Origin: Tubiluchus corallicola
Taxonomy: Eukaryota; Animalia; Priapulida
Direction of reading: 5' to 3'
Assembly: GCA_030141605.1 (NCBI GenBank)
Contig: JAQGDQ010000701.1
Span: 1 to 64,000, forward strand
Length of the DNA: 64,000 nt
The notes under the pieces are model-generated. The model was not told the DNA's origin. It searched no databases and saw only the letters and a program-made list of their open reading frames with translations. The position numbers and the translations under genes are program-made. Below are positions 40,201 to 52,511 of the stretch, one piece after another (within the stretch, counting starts at the first letter, position 1; every line of letters starts with the position of its first letter).

Positions 40201-43200
40201 ACTACCTCTCAATAAAAATTTTAAAGCATGGTGGTTGCCGCCGCCATTCACTTAAAAATTAAGACTGGGGAACGTTTTGTACTCTTTCTACCTAAAGTAC
40301 AGCGTCTTATTTCAGACATGTGCGCACGGCCTCATGTGCACAGTAGCCAAACACTGCGTTGCTTGGGCTGTGAAGACAGCCCAACAGTTCTACCCTCACC
40401 TGCTCTGGTTCCGCACAAGTATAAAGAAAGAACTAAAGAAAAAAGACTCATTATAATTGGATATTATTGATAATAATACAAGAAAACAGGGGGTGCTGCA
40501 GTACCACAGTACCTAATACACGAGCCGCCACTGCATTTAGAATATCACCAGTTACAAGTCCAATAAATATAATGGCCTTTGCGGAAACTACAGCAAAAAC
40601 AAATGAACATGCACAATCCTTTACCTTATTTTCTGCAGCACGCAACCCTCCCTGCGTCGAAACGATGGTGATTGTTGGATGACTATTTTCAATTTTTAGT
40701 GGTGCTAAACAAAATTAAATTAAAAATGTAATGATAAATAACTTATTATAAATTAGTGCCAAGGTTAAGTGTGAAAAAATGTATCTATGTCTTGCTCACT
40801 GATGCAAAATTTGGTATAAAACGTGAACTGTCGATCACGCTGTTGTTTTCAGTTCATTTCGAAAACTTCTTCCTTTCTTACTTTTCAGCGAGTTCAAGAA
40901 AAAGTCACGATTACAAAACAACAAAGTAACATTGACGTAAAGTTGCACATTCATACTAAGCATTATCTTTGCAAATGCAAGAAGCAATTTGTTTCTTAAG
41001 TGCATTAATATCAAAGTGCTTGAGTGTACAAAACAGCAGAATGCCTAGTTTGTGTTTTTGTCAAATTTAACAAAACCGTTTTTGACTTTATGAAAGTCGA
41101 TTTTAGATCACCAAAGTCCGAATCTTGGATTACTAAATGATACTTCGGGTACAACTTTGTTTCTCAACAACTGCTGAAGATTAACTGTTGAAAAACTGTT
41201 TGTTTTTTGACTTATTCAGAGAAATTTTCATGTACATAACACTTACGGAATTTACTCTATAGCTAAAAAACAAACATAAAATCGATATGACAAAAAGATA
41301 TTACAAGTAATGCTAATTCGTATCAAAGATTTTTTCTCACAGAACTAGATGCAAACAGTTTTGTGTCCTGGAACAGATTCAACCTTTAGCATGTTGTATA
41401 GGTTGTGTATATATTGCATATTATACATATTGTAAAGGGTTTAATTAATCATTTTATAACGGAACCAGTTTTTCCTTTATTTTTAATTTAACTTTACTAA
41501 TTTTGCTTACGAAATGAATTATTTAGTTCTTTTAAATCGTCACTTAGACTTATGCATTTTTTCCTGCAAAGCATTCAAAAACACTGATTTAAGTAGAATT
41601 TACACTATACAAAAATAAACCAATTTTATAGTTGCTCAATCTGTTTATTGCAAACAAGCTAAACTAAACTGTACTATACTAAAATTTATAACTTTGCATA
41701 CGATTTATAACAAAGAAATAAGTTTTTGCATATGCATGGATTCAAACATACAGTTTAATATTTTTTAGCATTATAAACTCACACTGTTCCTGACCCATGT
41801 ATTCAACATGTTCTACACTAGGTTCATCAACACCTGTTAATTGTTCTGTTTCTTCCTCTTCTTCTGTATGTATCACAGTATCAACACCTGCAACACAAAA
41901 CGAATTTGATTTGGACGGATTAATACGATTATAACCAAAACACCAAACCACTTTCTACGAAAGTACGCTACAGTCGAATGACAACAGCAATTTGTGCAAA
42001 ACCGTGGTGTTTATTCAAACCAAATCCTGGGGGCAGCTTCGCTATGCTTCTCGGGAACTGTTTCATTCGTAAGAAGCTTCTTATGCTTACGACGGAATTC
42101 ACAAAGGTTTCACAACTTAAGAAGGTTATTAAATGTGACTGTAGCTTTATGCAAACAAAAAATTCTTACGAACGTGTCCAGTCCCAGCTATTGCATTTCG
42201 GGCTATTAGTAGCACATTATCAACTAGAGGGAATTTATTTCTTACACAAACAAATTAAATTAATAAGATTACAATTATAAAGACTTTTTCACTTGGTACG
42301 GCCTACTACAAACAGCACATCAGCTGCTGTCTGCAGGTCACTTAGCCAAGTTTTTAATAAATTGTTCCAACACTTCACATGATTTTATTTCAGAGCATAC
42401 TGCAAGATTCTATGTCACAATTCCTGGTATAACTACTGTGTAGTTTGAAATAAATTTTAATAAATAAAATTCTAGATCATTAAAAGACAAGAAAATGGCC
42501 AGCCAAAGTAAGCCTCAGAAAATTCGCAAAAAAAATTATATCACCTAAGTATAATCTTAAGCGAATAAAGTACTCAGGTTTTCGCATTTACTCCAATTTT
42601 TGTAAAATATTTCAATCGCTGCAGTAAACGTTGGCGCAGACATGTTTCATTTAGTCTGCCAATTGAAAAGCCAGTACTTGACAGATCATGTGGCATGACA
42701 TCACTCGAACACAATCGCAGTGAGTTCTGAGCACGTGTACTATAAAGATTTGTGTTGTGGTTCTGTGATGCCATCTAATATGGCGCCGCCGTGACAGTCT
42801 CGCAGGAGTATTTAAAATGAAAACAAACAGGAAATTCTTTTAACGTGAGTATGATAAACGCTTCAGATTGCCTCTAACCGTTATAATTCTTTAGCGAAAA
42901 ATTTCTGAGACTTGCTTTAACTAGGCCTTTTCTTGTCCTTTAATGTAACCACTGGTGACACAAGAAGGTTCATCCTTTCATTTATGTCTGCCCTCCTTCC
43001 CCCCTCACTTCCTTGACTATGATCAAGCAAAATGATGCTGCAAAATTTGTGCCATTTTCAAAAGCATCTCAAAATGGCACCACAATTACGGGTGTGTGTT
43101 TCTAGGCAAACTCTACACACATTTCTTGTCTGAACTCATCAATTTGGATTCGATATGACAATTAGGTAAATCAATTATTATGTTAATATTTAATAATTGC

Positions 43201-45229
43201 CTATTTAGAAGGTCCAACCATTCAAAAATTGACACTTCCTAAGTAAAGAGTACTCTGTGTATGTGTAATTCATTGTGCATATACAACTCACATATGTGGA
43301 AGAGTTTCCATGTTTACCTAATGCACAACCAGTAATGCGTGATTCGTTGTGCATATATAACTCCATGTGTTTCCATGTGAACCTAATGCACAACCAGTAA
43401 TGCGTGATGCGTGATCCATGTGCATTTAAACGTGACTGCTATCGTCCGAATACGCATCACATAGCAATACGCAGACGGGACACCGCTACTGCCTAGGTGA
43501 TTTAGCAAGTTTTCTAGTTTCCACTGACCATTTTCTCCGATTGGCTTCCTAGGTCACTGACCATTTTTGCCGAATGGCTTCCTAGGTCACTTTATGACCT
43601 AAACTCGCTAATATTTGTTTCATTTGCGTTACTGAGATGTCGAAGAAGTGGACAATTATATTATTCTTAATGCGTGATATATTTTACTTCTGTTCATAAA
43701 TGTTGATATACTTTTGCGATGTCCTAATAGCAATCTCATATTCATTCTCATTCGGATATTTTCACTAACCTAATCCTACTAATTCCCATCTCCTACATTC
43801 TCTACTATCATTCCATCATTTTTACCTTCCCTTTTTGCACTCTAACACCAGCACCATTAATTGCATTATAGTCACACAAGTAATGCTTCTCACTATAATG
43901 CAAACACTGATTTATATAGTTTCATGCCATGTCAATTTTATTATGAAACTAATGTAACTATGTAAACCATGTTATCATAACGTAATTTGCTATATTGTAT
44001 TGTTGTTTGGTGTTTTCGTAATAAACTAAAAAATAAATAAAAAATCCTGCATTTTGGTTGCAGCTTCTTCACTCTTTCCCCTGCAAAATGTTATGCACTC
44101 AAAACTTGTACTTTCTTTTAAGTTTTTCAGTCTAACAGTACAATGATAACCTACTGCCACCGACAGTGATTGATTATTTCTTAATTCTTAATCACAGTCG
44201 TGCTGAAGTTTCGACAGAATCATGGCTTCCAAAAATTGTTACTTTCAATTTTCACGAACAGCAACAAAAAATCGTGGAAATGGCAACACGGTGAGCTTTG
44301 TTAATACTCATAAGGTTCACAGACACATAGGAAACAGTCAACATGCATCATGCATTAATGAGCACATGTAATCCTACCTTAAATCTAAACTGGACCAAAT
44401 GTTATACTGTAGATCAAAACAATCTACTCTTTAAAGTATTGAAAGGAAACATGCTATTTTTTCAAAAAATGAATTACATGAAAGAATTATTACCACACAA
44501 ACACGATTTTGCGTTCACGCCACTAGTTCTTTGCTGTTATGTGCATTTCGTCATTCGCTAGTTAGACGGACACTAGCACCTGCATTTCTGAAACACACCG
44601 CACAAAACACGGGTGCTGTACCTCCCAGTTCAGATGTGTTAGTTCGTGACGAACTACACACACTCGACAGCTTATGCGTGAGCACAGCGGTAAATATGAA
44701 ATTTGAATTTTTATTTTAAAACTTGCCTAGTTTTAGTACAACACAGTGAATCTCTTCACAGCAGCACTGTACTTCAATTTTCGCTTTCGCAAACACGTGC
44801 AACACGCTTGTGAAATATTTTTAATGTGGAAAATTACGTTAGTTTGTGATGTGATCAATAGTTGGGTTCGCCAGCCATTAATTAAGTTTTTAATCTATTA
44901 TTAAATTATCAGAAACATTTTTGCAGTATTAACTGTGCTAAAATATACACTTTTTATCGGACTTGAAATTGGGATAGTACATGAAAAATCATCCTGTCTT
45001 CCTTTATTGGACTCATTTCTCACATTTTCATTAGTTGCTATTGCAACTCCACACTAAGTTACTGACTACCAGCATCACCAACAAAATTCTGTGCCAAAAC
45101 ACGAACTCCACCCTTGTCTGAAGTTTCAGAACAACTAACATGTGAACCCGTACCATCAGCTTCCATCGCTATGGTAACTAGAGAATTCGAGAGCGGTGAC
45201 ACCAAGTTAACTTCCTCTTCGGACGCCAT
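20897..45229 (-). CDS. NR2C2: Orphan nuclear receptor of subfamily NR2C (TR2/TR4, Hr78-like), 605 aa
   Basis: Fourteen phase-consistent exons: 45070-45229, 41783-41887, 40625-40704, 37441-37552 ([10 protein letters not shown]), 36414-36593 ([27 protein letters not shown]), 33479-33633, 32047-32131, 31543-31712 ([10 protein letters not shown]), 30079-30136, 28272-28428 ([18 protein letters not shown]), 24940-25079, 24067-24204, 23223-23346, 20897-21050 ([24 protein letters not shown]). Total 1818 nt. Probably co-orthologous to vertebrate NR2C1/NR2C2; the three N-terminal exons are less certain. Confidence 0.93.
21343..21728 (+). mobile_element. Kolobok-like MITE family A, internally deleted copy
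   Basis: TTAA-AGGAAATCTGGACGATTG ... GTCTTCCT-TTAA; lacks ~165 bp present in 15644-16192. Confidence 0.85.
22696..23291 (-). repeat. 85-bp tandem repeat x7 made of the 3' end of NR2C coding exon 13 plus its splice donor
   Basis: Donor complement (ACCTT) at 22711, 22796, 22881, 22966, 23051, 23136 and 23221. Confidence 0.97.
23470..23888 (+). mobile_element. hAT-like MITE with a 57-bp tandem amplification of its right end
   Basis: CTGGGCGGCTC ... GAGCTGCCACTG; TSD AATGTAAC/ATTGTAAC; homologous to 50846-51389. Confidence 0.8.
25088..25810. repeat. 35-bp minisatellite, ~20 copies
   Basis: AAAAACGATGTTTCACACCATGAAATAAGCCACGT; abuts the acceptor of NR2C exon 24940-25079. Confidence 0.97.
26300..26470 (-). 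mobile_element. Probable tRNA-derived SINE
   Basis: Minus strand TTGGTTGGCAGAGCAGGG ... GAGTTCAAGTCT, a tRNA-like head without intact cloverleaf stems. Confidence 0.45.
26870..27450 (-). mobile_element. Non-LTR retrotransposon 3' end (RTEX/Proto2-like C-terminal zinc-finger region)
   Basis: [12 protein letters not shown]...[14 protein letters not shown], then [16 protein letters not shown]; simple-repeat tail near 26880. Confidence 0.6.
27838..28104. mobile_element. Tigger-like MITE
   Basis: TA-CAGTCAAACCTCTTTATA ... TATAAAGTCTGACTG-TA. Confidence 0.65.
28528..28818. mobile_element. hAT-like MITE (TAGGGATG terminus)
   Basis: TAGGGATGAGG ... CCTACCCTTA; TSD-like GTTGAGTC/GATGAGTG; subterminal TTCGA repeats. 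Confidence 0.6.
28905..29285 (+). mobile_element. Interspersed repeat, probably a DNA transposon fragment
   Basis: Inverted copies at ~61385-61760 and ~42780-42945 (shared CTCACCCTCCAGGGTGCATCACT and AATACTGTTCC motifs). Confidence 0.75.
30330..30790 (-). mobile_element. L2/Crack-type LINE 3' end
   Basis: [26 protein letters not shown]...[27 protein letters not shown] is a classic L2-group ORF2 C-terminus. Confidence 0.85.
31212..31390. repeat. (AAT)n / (AACAGT)n compound microsatellite
   Basis: Directly visible. Confidence 0.95.
32155..32742. mobile_element. Kolobok-like MITE abutting a family A copy
   Basis: TTAA-AGGAAAC ... GTCCGGTTTCCT-TTAA; interior resembles 52512-52970. Confidence 0.7.
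32748..33302 (-). mobile_element. Kolobok-like MITE family A, inverted full-length copy
   Basis: Reverse complement of 15644-16192 throughout. Confidence 0.85.
34705..35171 (+). mobile_element. Tigger-like MITE
   Basis: CAGTTAACCTCAGATATAAGG ... CCTTATACCCGAGCTTGACTG-TA; second copy at 57869-58317. Confidence 0.85.
35525..36100 (+). mobile_element. hAT-like element, copy of 9181-9850
   Basis: Colinear similarity, e.g. CACAATCAACCGAAATATCAAAGCGTAATTT. Confidence 0.8.
38180..39864. repeat. 76-bp satellite, ~22 copies, each with an 11-bp inverted repeat
   Basis: Unit CAAAATTAGTCTGTATGGGACTATTTTACCACACAGACTAATTAATTATTGGAAAGAGACGCTAAAAAGTGCACTT. Confidence 0.97.
40290..40533 (+). mobile_element. 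Partial copy of the CAGTGGCGG hAT-like MITE
   Basis: Ends ACACGAGCCGCCACTG; matches 51180-51389 and 57130-57342. Confidence 0.75.
44383..45003 (+). mobile_element. Kolobok-like MITE family B
   Basis: Shares segments with 2230-2500, 4510-4633 and 56153-56300; ends GTCTTCCTTTA. Confidence 0.7.
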
Positions 45230-45527
45230 AACCAATTACTGGTACAAGCATTGGGAGATCTGAAAAATAGAAACAAACTGATTAAAAAAGATTGTTCAGT
45301 AAGAAGGTTGATGTCACTGTCTTTCCATACTGACAGCGAAAAGTAAGATGCCCTCTGCACTAAGTTTAGTTTTTCTTAATAATGCCTTTTGCTCATCATT
45401 TCTAAGGCTAAGTAATAAGCGTAATTAAGATTCAGCTTATAGCAGAGAATCTCTTGATTTACACATGGTTTTTAATACTTATTTATTATTGTGCCATTTT
45501 GTTTTTTTAATAACTTGCAAACGCACA

Positions 45528-45616
45528 GGGTTAGGTTCACGAAACTCACAAAACACACTCCGCGGGTAGGAAAATTTATGGTTATACATGACCCATCACC
45601 CCTGGGTCAAAGGTCA
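45528..45616. promoter_or_regulatory. Cluster of nuclear-receptor response elements (perfect DR1, opposite-strand DR1, DR0)
   Basis: GGGTCA-A-AGGTCA at 45604-45616; TGACCC-A-TCACCC at 45589-45601; GGGTTA-GGTTCA at 45528-45539. Confidence 0.6.
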
Positions 45617-47656
45617 CAGAGCGGGCAGTGCTTCTTGTTTTTTTTCCTTAGGCTGGATCTCATTTAAAGCATCTCCTTCCACAGAAGCAGAACCTTACCA
45701 CAGTTTTCGACACTGTCGAAAACGTTCTCTTGTTATTGTTAGCTATTGCGAATCTCTGTCTTTGTTTGCACCTCATCGTCCATCACTTAATGTAATGAGA
45801 CAAATGATCAATGTTAATGAAAGCAGTAAATAAAATAGATTATTAACTTCATAAATTTAATACTAAACCTAGGCAAAAAATACTAATTAGTATTACTTAT
45901 ATAATAGTAATATATAATACATATCTATATATATATATAGAAATCTTTATTGCAAAAATTATACACTAGTACAGAGTAAAACAAATTACATCATACATAA
46001 AATCAGTGTATAACCAGTCGGTGATAGACGTGAGCAATTGTGTCAGTTAGTGTAAGTGAAAAATCACAAGAATAAAAACATTAAAATACTATATTACATA
46101 TCTACAAATTTGTCTATATGATGACATGATGGTGATTTATGAAATACTGTGAATTTTAATACTTTTTGATAGTTTTCGCTACTTTTTTGCCATGTAAGTT
46201 TCCATACGAGTGGTATATTTTTATAGTGTAGACACGTATATTATGAGTCTAAAGTGTTATGCTTTTTTTATAATCTCCAATTATTGATGAAGTCAATTTT
46301 GATGACTTAGTCAAACAAAAAGTGTTAACTTAATAAACTAGTCTTAAACTACTCACTTATATTTGCACAATGCACAACAATACTTTCTGCAGACCTACAA
46401 TGAACATGATACGATTTTTTTTACAGTTTTGGAATAGGAAATGTGTCACACTCACGTTAGTTTACATATAAGTGCAACTGAGCTGTGGGACAATTAAAAA
46501 GCAGGGAGATTAACCCACCTCGTGAAAGTAAAAAAACTTGATTGAAAATGGAAATTCATGAAGTGATAAAGAAAAAATAACGATTTCATTTCGAAGTGAA
46601 ATGATGCAACGAACGAACCTCATAAATGGGACGAAATAAAATACAAGAAAGACTATTACTTGTAAAAATAATTCTTGCAATATTAGGCATTTGCAAACAC
46701 AAACTTAGGCACCTGGGTTGTTATATCACTATTGTAAGTATGCACACTGTTAGAAACTTATGATCCTCACTGGTATTTACGCAAAATTTGATTCCTTAAC
46801 AGTTTTTTTTAAATCTAGTAATTAGGGAATGACTAGGGAGTATTATAAATTGATAAATCTCTTGTGAGACTAATTCTTTAATACTATCTATCTCTAACAC
46901 TATTTATACATTTATACAAATAGTAAATAAATACTATTTCCTAAAAATAAGCCAATCAGTAATAGATGGCCTAAAACGTCAAAAATCCACAGCACTCACA
47001 GTTGAGACACGCTCAATTATACAGTTTTAAAAAAACCATATCACCTTTATGCAAGCTCAAGTTACTGAGTTACAACACCAATGGTGTAAGCATTACACAC
47101 GCATTCTAGTACACGACCCCTAGGGCAGCGAGCAAACATAATGTCAACATTTGAACTTTGGTATTGCTTGTGAACTAACCAAGGCTTCGTTACTCCCTAG
47201 TTGACCTTTAACCAGCGTGTAGGTATAGCTACAGCAGTTCAGTGCAAACGCCAGCCAGCCTGCCAAGTCTTTCTATATTAACCTTCGCACAAATCAATAC
47301 GGTGACCTCCAACAACCGCTCTGACATTTCCTCTAGCTGGAAAACTCAATGGCAGGGTCAATGTATTGTACTGGCTCGTGTTAGCTGAGCTGTTACAAAA
47401 TGGTGAAGTGTCAATTGGCTAGCTTAGGGTGTTCTTTCAGGCTTTCTGAGCCAAGTTTTTGTTGAAAATGCAGTGTAGAAATTTATAATGCAAAGCTATG
47501 ACTGCACATTACATTGCTAGCAATTTAAACTGCAATCATATTTACAAAACTAAGTGAGTCAGTTAGTGAATCAGTCAGTAAACCACAACCACTTCTCTAA
47601 ACTTTGTAACTCATTGTTATATACTATCTATGATTGTTATTTTGAAGGCAAAAAAA

Positions 47657-47879
47657 TTATTATTATTATTATTATTATGCCATGCATCACGATTACAACA
47701 CTTGCTTAACACTCAGCAGAATTTATATATTTTTTTATAAAAAGATCAACACACAATTCTGTAAAAGCACCAAAGCAATATTAAATTAGAAAATCTGAGA
47801 AATTTTGTACCTCAACTGGGACTCGAACCCAAGGCCTACTTTGCGGCCAATTATGCAAACCATTACACTATGGAGGCAC
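47657..47879 (-). mobile_element. tRNA-derived SINE
   Basis: Minus strand GCCTCCATAGTGTAATGG (A box) ... GGTTCGAGTCCCAG (B box), with an (AAT)n tail. Confidence 0.75.
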
Positions 47880-48484
47880 TCCGGTTTTTCAGAAATTTAC
47901 GCTATAAGCCCCCACAGGTCTATCAAGGACGAATTGTAGATATACCACAAGCATGACCTTGAAAAGGATGACCTTAAAGAAGGGATACAGTATACTTGGA
48001 TAAGTAGACCAGTTGAGAATGAGATTTTTGTCCATCAATATTCTATTATCAATTGCACAAGAAAAACAGCGGTTATAGTGAATTTCACATAGAAGCAGCT
48101 CAAGGAAAAGTTAGAAGACTACAGCACATGTCTAGAAACCTTCACATGAATATCAAGAAAAGGATGAACATTTAATACGAATGGTGCAAAGAAGCTACGA
48201 AGTGGCAACCCAACCTGACCACAAATGATTTTATACAAGGTAGACTCTGTACATACATACATCTAACATCTAACAGCAAAACTGCAGTACTGCATATGGG
48301 GAACAGCTTTTCAATGCAATGATTTCAGTTTCAGTAGGTTGCTATACCCAAGTTCTAATTTGAGTTATAATTATTTGATGAAGAGTTACATCACATAACT
48401 AGCTTATACTTGCACTGCTGCATCAACATCTTTTCTCTATACAGGCTAAAAAACTGTTATTTGTAACAAGTGGTGCAAGCAGTA

Positions 48485-48770
48485 CTGTGGTAACTTAAAA
48501 CTTATAGAAAAGCATGTTCACGTTCAGACAATTTTCACTGACAATTTCAGACAAAAGAGCCGCTTTTAATTTCAGTTTGTTATTCTGGTTTCTGTACAGA
48601 CTAAAACATTATTATTTGTAGCAAATGTGGTAACTTAAAGCTTATAAAAAAATACGTTCACTTTCAGACAATTTTCACCGACAATTTCAGACAAAAGAGC
48701 CACTTTTAATTTCAGTTAGTTATTCTGGTTTCTGTTCAGACTAAAAAAGTATTATTTGTAGCAAGTAGTA
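48485..48770. repeat. ~140-bp tandem duplication
   Basis: TGTGGTAACTTAAA..TTCAGACAAAAGAGCC..TTCTGGTTTCTG occurs twice. Confidence 0.85.
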
Positions 48771-49958
48771 CAAGCAGTACTAGTTGCAACAATGCCACTT
48801 ATAAAAAGTATGTTTAGTTTTTCAGTCCTTTTTAATTTCACTTAAAAAATTATAGAAACACATAAATAGTCTAGTTAATAATTATATAAAAGTTATATAG
48901 CACAGTGTATAATAATTATGTAAAACGTGAACAAACACTCAAACAATTTTAAATTCTGCTTATAAAAAATGCACTGTGCAAATTTAAAATTAGTACCTAC
49001 ACAAAACTTATGGAAAATCATTATAATGTATGCAAAACAAAATAAAAAGAACTTAGCCGACCTGTCAGCAAATTTTGCCAGGTAGCAAATGATACAAAGA
49101 GCATTTACAATAGCTAGTCCAACTGTTAGCGACCTTGCCACCAAATTAATGTACACGATGCGACCCCTGTGCTATAAAGACAGGTCATGAATGTGAGTTT
49201 AGCCTGAACCTGTTTCTGAGGTGAGGCACAGAGCACGCAGCAATTCAACATTTAAATACATTCATCACATACAGTGCATTAGTATAAATAAAATTTAAAT
49301 TACATCTCAAAGGTAACATGATGTGGTTAAAAGCTGTTCAGAAGTTACATTACTTAAGAAAAGCAAAACATACACGAAACCCGAGAATTAAATCAGAAAC
49401 AATTAAATTTAAAAATTTACGAGGTAATAAAAACGTTCTAGGTTTTCATTCAGTTATTTGCTAAACGATCTGCAATGTAACATATATGAACACTGGCATT
49501 AAAATCTCACGTTCTACTTGAATAGCCATAACTAATTTTAGTTTTAGATGTGACTGTGGAGAATTTTATAGGAGAAACTGATTTCTTTACAATATGACCA
49601 ACATGTAAGCCGCATCAATGTCTGCATGATGTGCAGACATTTTGACTACATGTTACATTACAACACGTGTTGTAAGACACTGACAATTTCGGTACCGGAC
49701 TCATTTCGAATATCCTATAATTACTACAGATCCCTGCCGGAAATTTAGGTTTAATATGCGGCACAAGAATACGTGATATATTTGATAAATATATTATCAG
49801 ACAAAATAGCTAAAGTCATCAAACTTTATATTTAGTTCTGAGTGAATCCATGTAGTTTAAATTGCCGAGGCAATTCATTATGTTTGCTTATTGTCTTACT
49901 TATTTAAATAATTGAAAATGGAACGTAAAATCATCGGCCGTGTTCTCTGCTTGCTTAC

Positions 49959-50016
49959 CGTGTATAAGGTACAGTCTACAGTGACAATAACAGCATCTTG
50001 TCACCGCCATTCTTAT
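49959..50016 (-). other. Putative 58-nt NR2C 5' leader exon carrying an upstream ATG
   Basis: TTTTAG|ATAAGAATGGCG...CACG|GTAAGC, with strong acceptor and donor. Confidence 0.6.
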
Positions 50017-50845
50017 CTAAAACGTTTTGATTGTAGGTAGCAACTTGGGCTCCCTGCAATGTGGACGCAAAAATTTGAATATTTTCTGGAAAAGTTTCTG
50101 TTTTTGTGCTGCTATTGTGCACACTAAATATGTTGTTTTGTATACTATAATACAAAAATTAGAATTTCACTATTACCCCATACAGAACAGAGTTACACTA
50201 GTTTGCAAATTTGAATACGGAATAATTTCAAGTCACCATACTAATTTACGTTCATGTAGGTAATGTAACACAGTTATTAAAATGGCTACAATTCTTTAAA
50301 CAGTCTCAATTCTTGTTGTACTTGACCAATTTTCAAAACACAACTCGGTCTTCATACCAGCCTTCATTTTTATTTCGGTTCGGCCATCAGTTCGGCTTCT
50401 AACAAAAATTCGGTTTCTGTATCAGTTTTAAATTTCTGCTTCCGTAACGAACCCTGATCACAACCTAAACTAATTTTGAATAGTATGAATATTTAACTGA
50501 TAAATTTAATGGCAACCAATAACAATGGAAATTATAAAATTGTCCACTGTGATTCTATATGGTGTTTGTGAGGCAGACGCATATTAAAAGATTTGCAACA
50601 TAACCTTAGAAGAAACACATGGTCTTCCAAAAATTTTAAGTATTTTAAAAGTACTACATCACGACATCACTTCAGGTTTCAAGTTCAAAGCACAACAAGA
50701 ATTTTGGTCAACACGAAATTGAAACATATTTACTTAGGAAAGAAGTAACTTATAATTTTTGTGCATGCAGTTTATTTTCAATTTTTGCTGTTCATGTATT
50801 AGATAATTCACGTTTTCCGAAATTTCCATTTTACAGAGAGAGAAG

Positions 50846-51389
50846 CAGAGGCGGCCCATAGCTAAAATTAGTTGGTGTGCTGCTCCAGAAAATGTTTGAC
50901 CATTGTTTCAGTACTGTGTAAAACGAAACAAATATATGTAATTTTAATGTTGTAATTTGTAATAATTATTGTAATTTTAAACAAACAAACATACAAAAAT
51001 TTATACAAAAACTTGATAAAATCCTAAACCAAAAAAATTTTGCTTACGAATACCCTAAATTGCCACAGGTCAAGAATATGCTGGTACACGGTTTTTAAGC
51101 ACGTGACAACTGACAACAAACTGTGTGAGCGACAGTACTTTCTCTACCTAGCAGCAGATGCTAGCAGTGCAGCATACAGCATGTTATCTTACACATGTGC
51201 ACATGGCCACAACAGCACAACAGCCAAACACACCACTGTGCTTGGCTGTGAAGCAAACAGTTCCACCCTCACAAATTCCGGTTCCTTAGAACCAAAGAAA
51301 ACAGACTTTTATATTGAATATTACCGATAACATTGAGTGAAAATAGGGAGTGCTGCGGTTCTACAGTACCTATACACGAGCCCCCACCG
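50846..51389 (+). mobile_element. hAT-like MITE, full-length
   Basis: Perfect 8-bp TSD GAGAGAAG (50838-50845 and 51390-51397); degenerate CAGTGGCGGCTC-type TIRs. Confidence 0.88.
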
Positions 51390-51965
51390 GAGAGAAGCTT
51401 CAAGCTTCATGGCCCTGACAGTAAGGAAAAATTCTGGCCGTTCATGTTCTATAATAGTTATTATAAATTCATGTAACTAATGAATTTCCAACAATTATGT
51501 CACATTGCACATAAAGCGGCAACATGCAAACGAATAAACAAGGTCCCTAATAAAAAATGAAACTAAAATTAAATAGGATTAAGACTTTTTTGGTAGAAAA
51601 TAATTAATTACATGGCAAATCTATAACAATATTAACAATGGGCACCATCTTCCATGTACAACAAAATTGTCACTGGCACAGCATCTCAGGTGCAGCTACC
51701 ATACAATTAAAAATAATTTGTAAAATCAAAGTTAAATACACAAATATATCATACTGATACTGCTTTTAAAAAGGAGTACCCAAGTGAACTATTAACCTGT
51801 GGACAAGCCCAACCTGTCAGTCAGAATACCTCAGTACAGCTCAGTAACGATTATGTGGCTTTAAAAAATTATTAAGTGGTTCTAAAAACTCGAAATATAG
51901 TCAGAAATTTACTAAAGCAAGTTTTTAACAATTCTTAACTTTTTATGACATATTTAAAAACTTAC

Positions 51966-52125
51966 CAAAATAATTATCCGAACACAAGCTACCTAAGCAT
52001 CGAAAACAACGTTGTCTCCTCCGTTCCTCACAACAAAGGTCACAGTTCACGACCTTTGGTAAATGACGTCATACAAGCGGCGACCATGATTGGACAAGAA
52101 TGAGGTCATGCTGAGATTGGTTCAG
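51966..52125 (-). promoter_or_regulatory. Putative NR2C first exon and proximal promoter
   Basis: Donor TTG|GTAAG at 51965; DR1 AGGTCA-C-AGTTCA at 52037-52049; CRE TGACGTCA at 52064-52071; CCAAT boxes near 52089 and 52116; TGAGGTCA at 52101. Confidence 0.65.
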
Positions 52126-52511
52126 TGCAGACGAACGAATTATTGGCTTTGGAAAGCTAAATTTAAAGCAATATTAAATTGTTGTGCTCTCAAATACTTA
52201 ATGTACATACATTTTTTCGATTGTCACTTTGCACTTTTTTAAACAACACCAGTTTACGGAACGCTGCTCGCAGATCTTGTTTGTTACTGCGCAAATCAGC
52301 AACGTTATAGATGCATCCAAAGTGATCGTGCCTGGCTGCAGGGCTGCATGCTTATAATAGTGACCGAAATTAAGCATCTTTGGGCTTGCTAAAGGAAAAG
52401 CCAAGCCTCTTGCAAAGTTTGGCTGATTTCAATGTTCGCAGAAAATGTTAGAAGGATATAGTTAGTAAAAAGTGTGATAATTAAGCATCCTGTGTAATTA
52501 GTAAAATCACT

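Noticed and set aside
47810-47880. tRNA gene (also considered at 3840-3915, 17990-18058 and 26400-26470)
   Set aside because: A and B boxes are present but there is no intact cloverleaf, and attached bodies and tails indicate SINEs.
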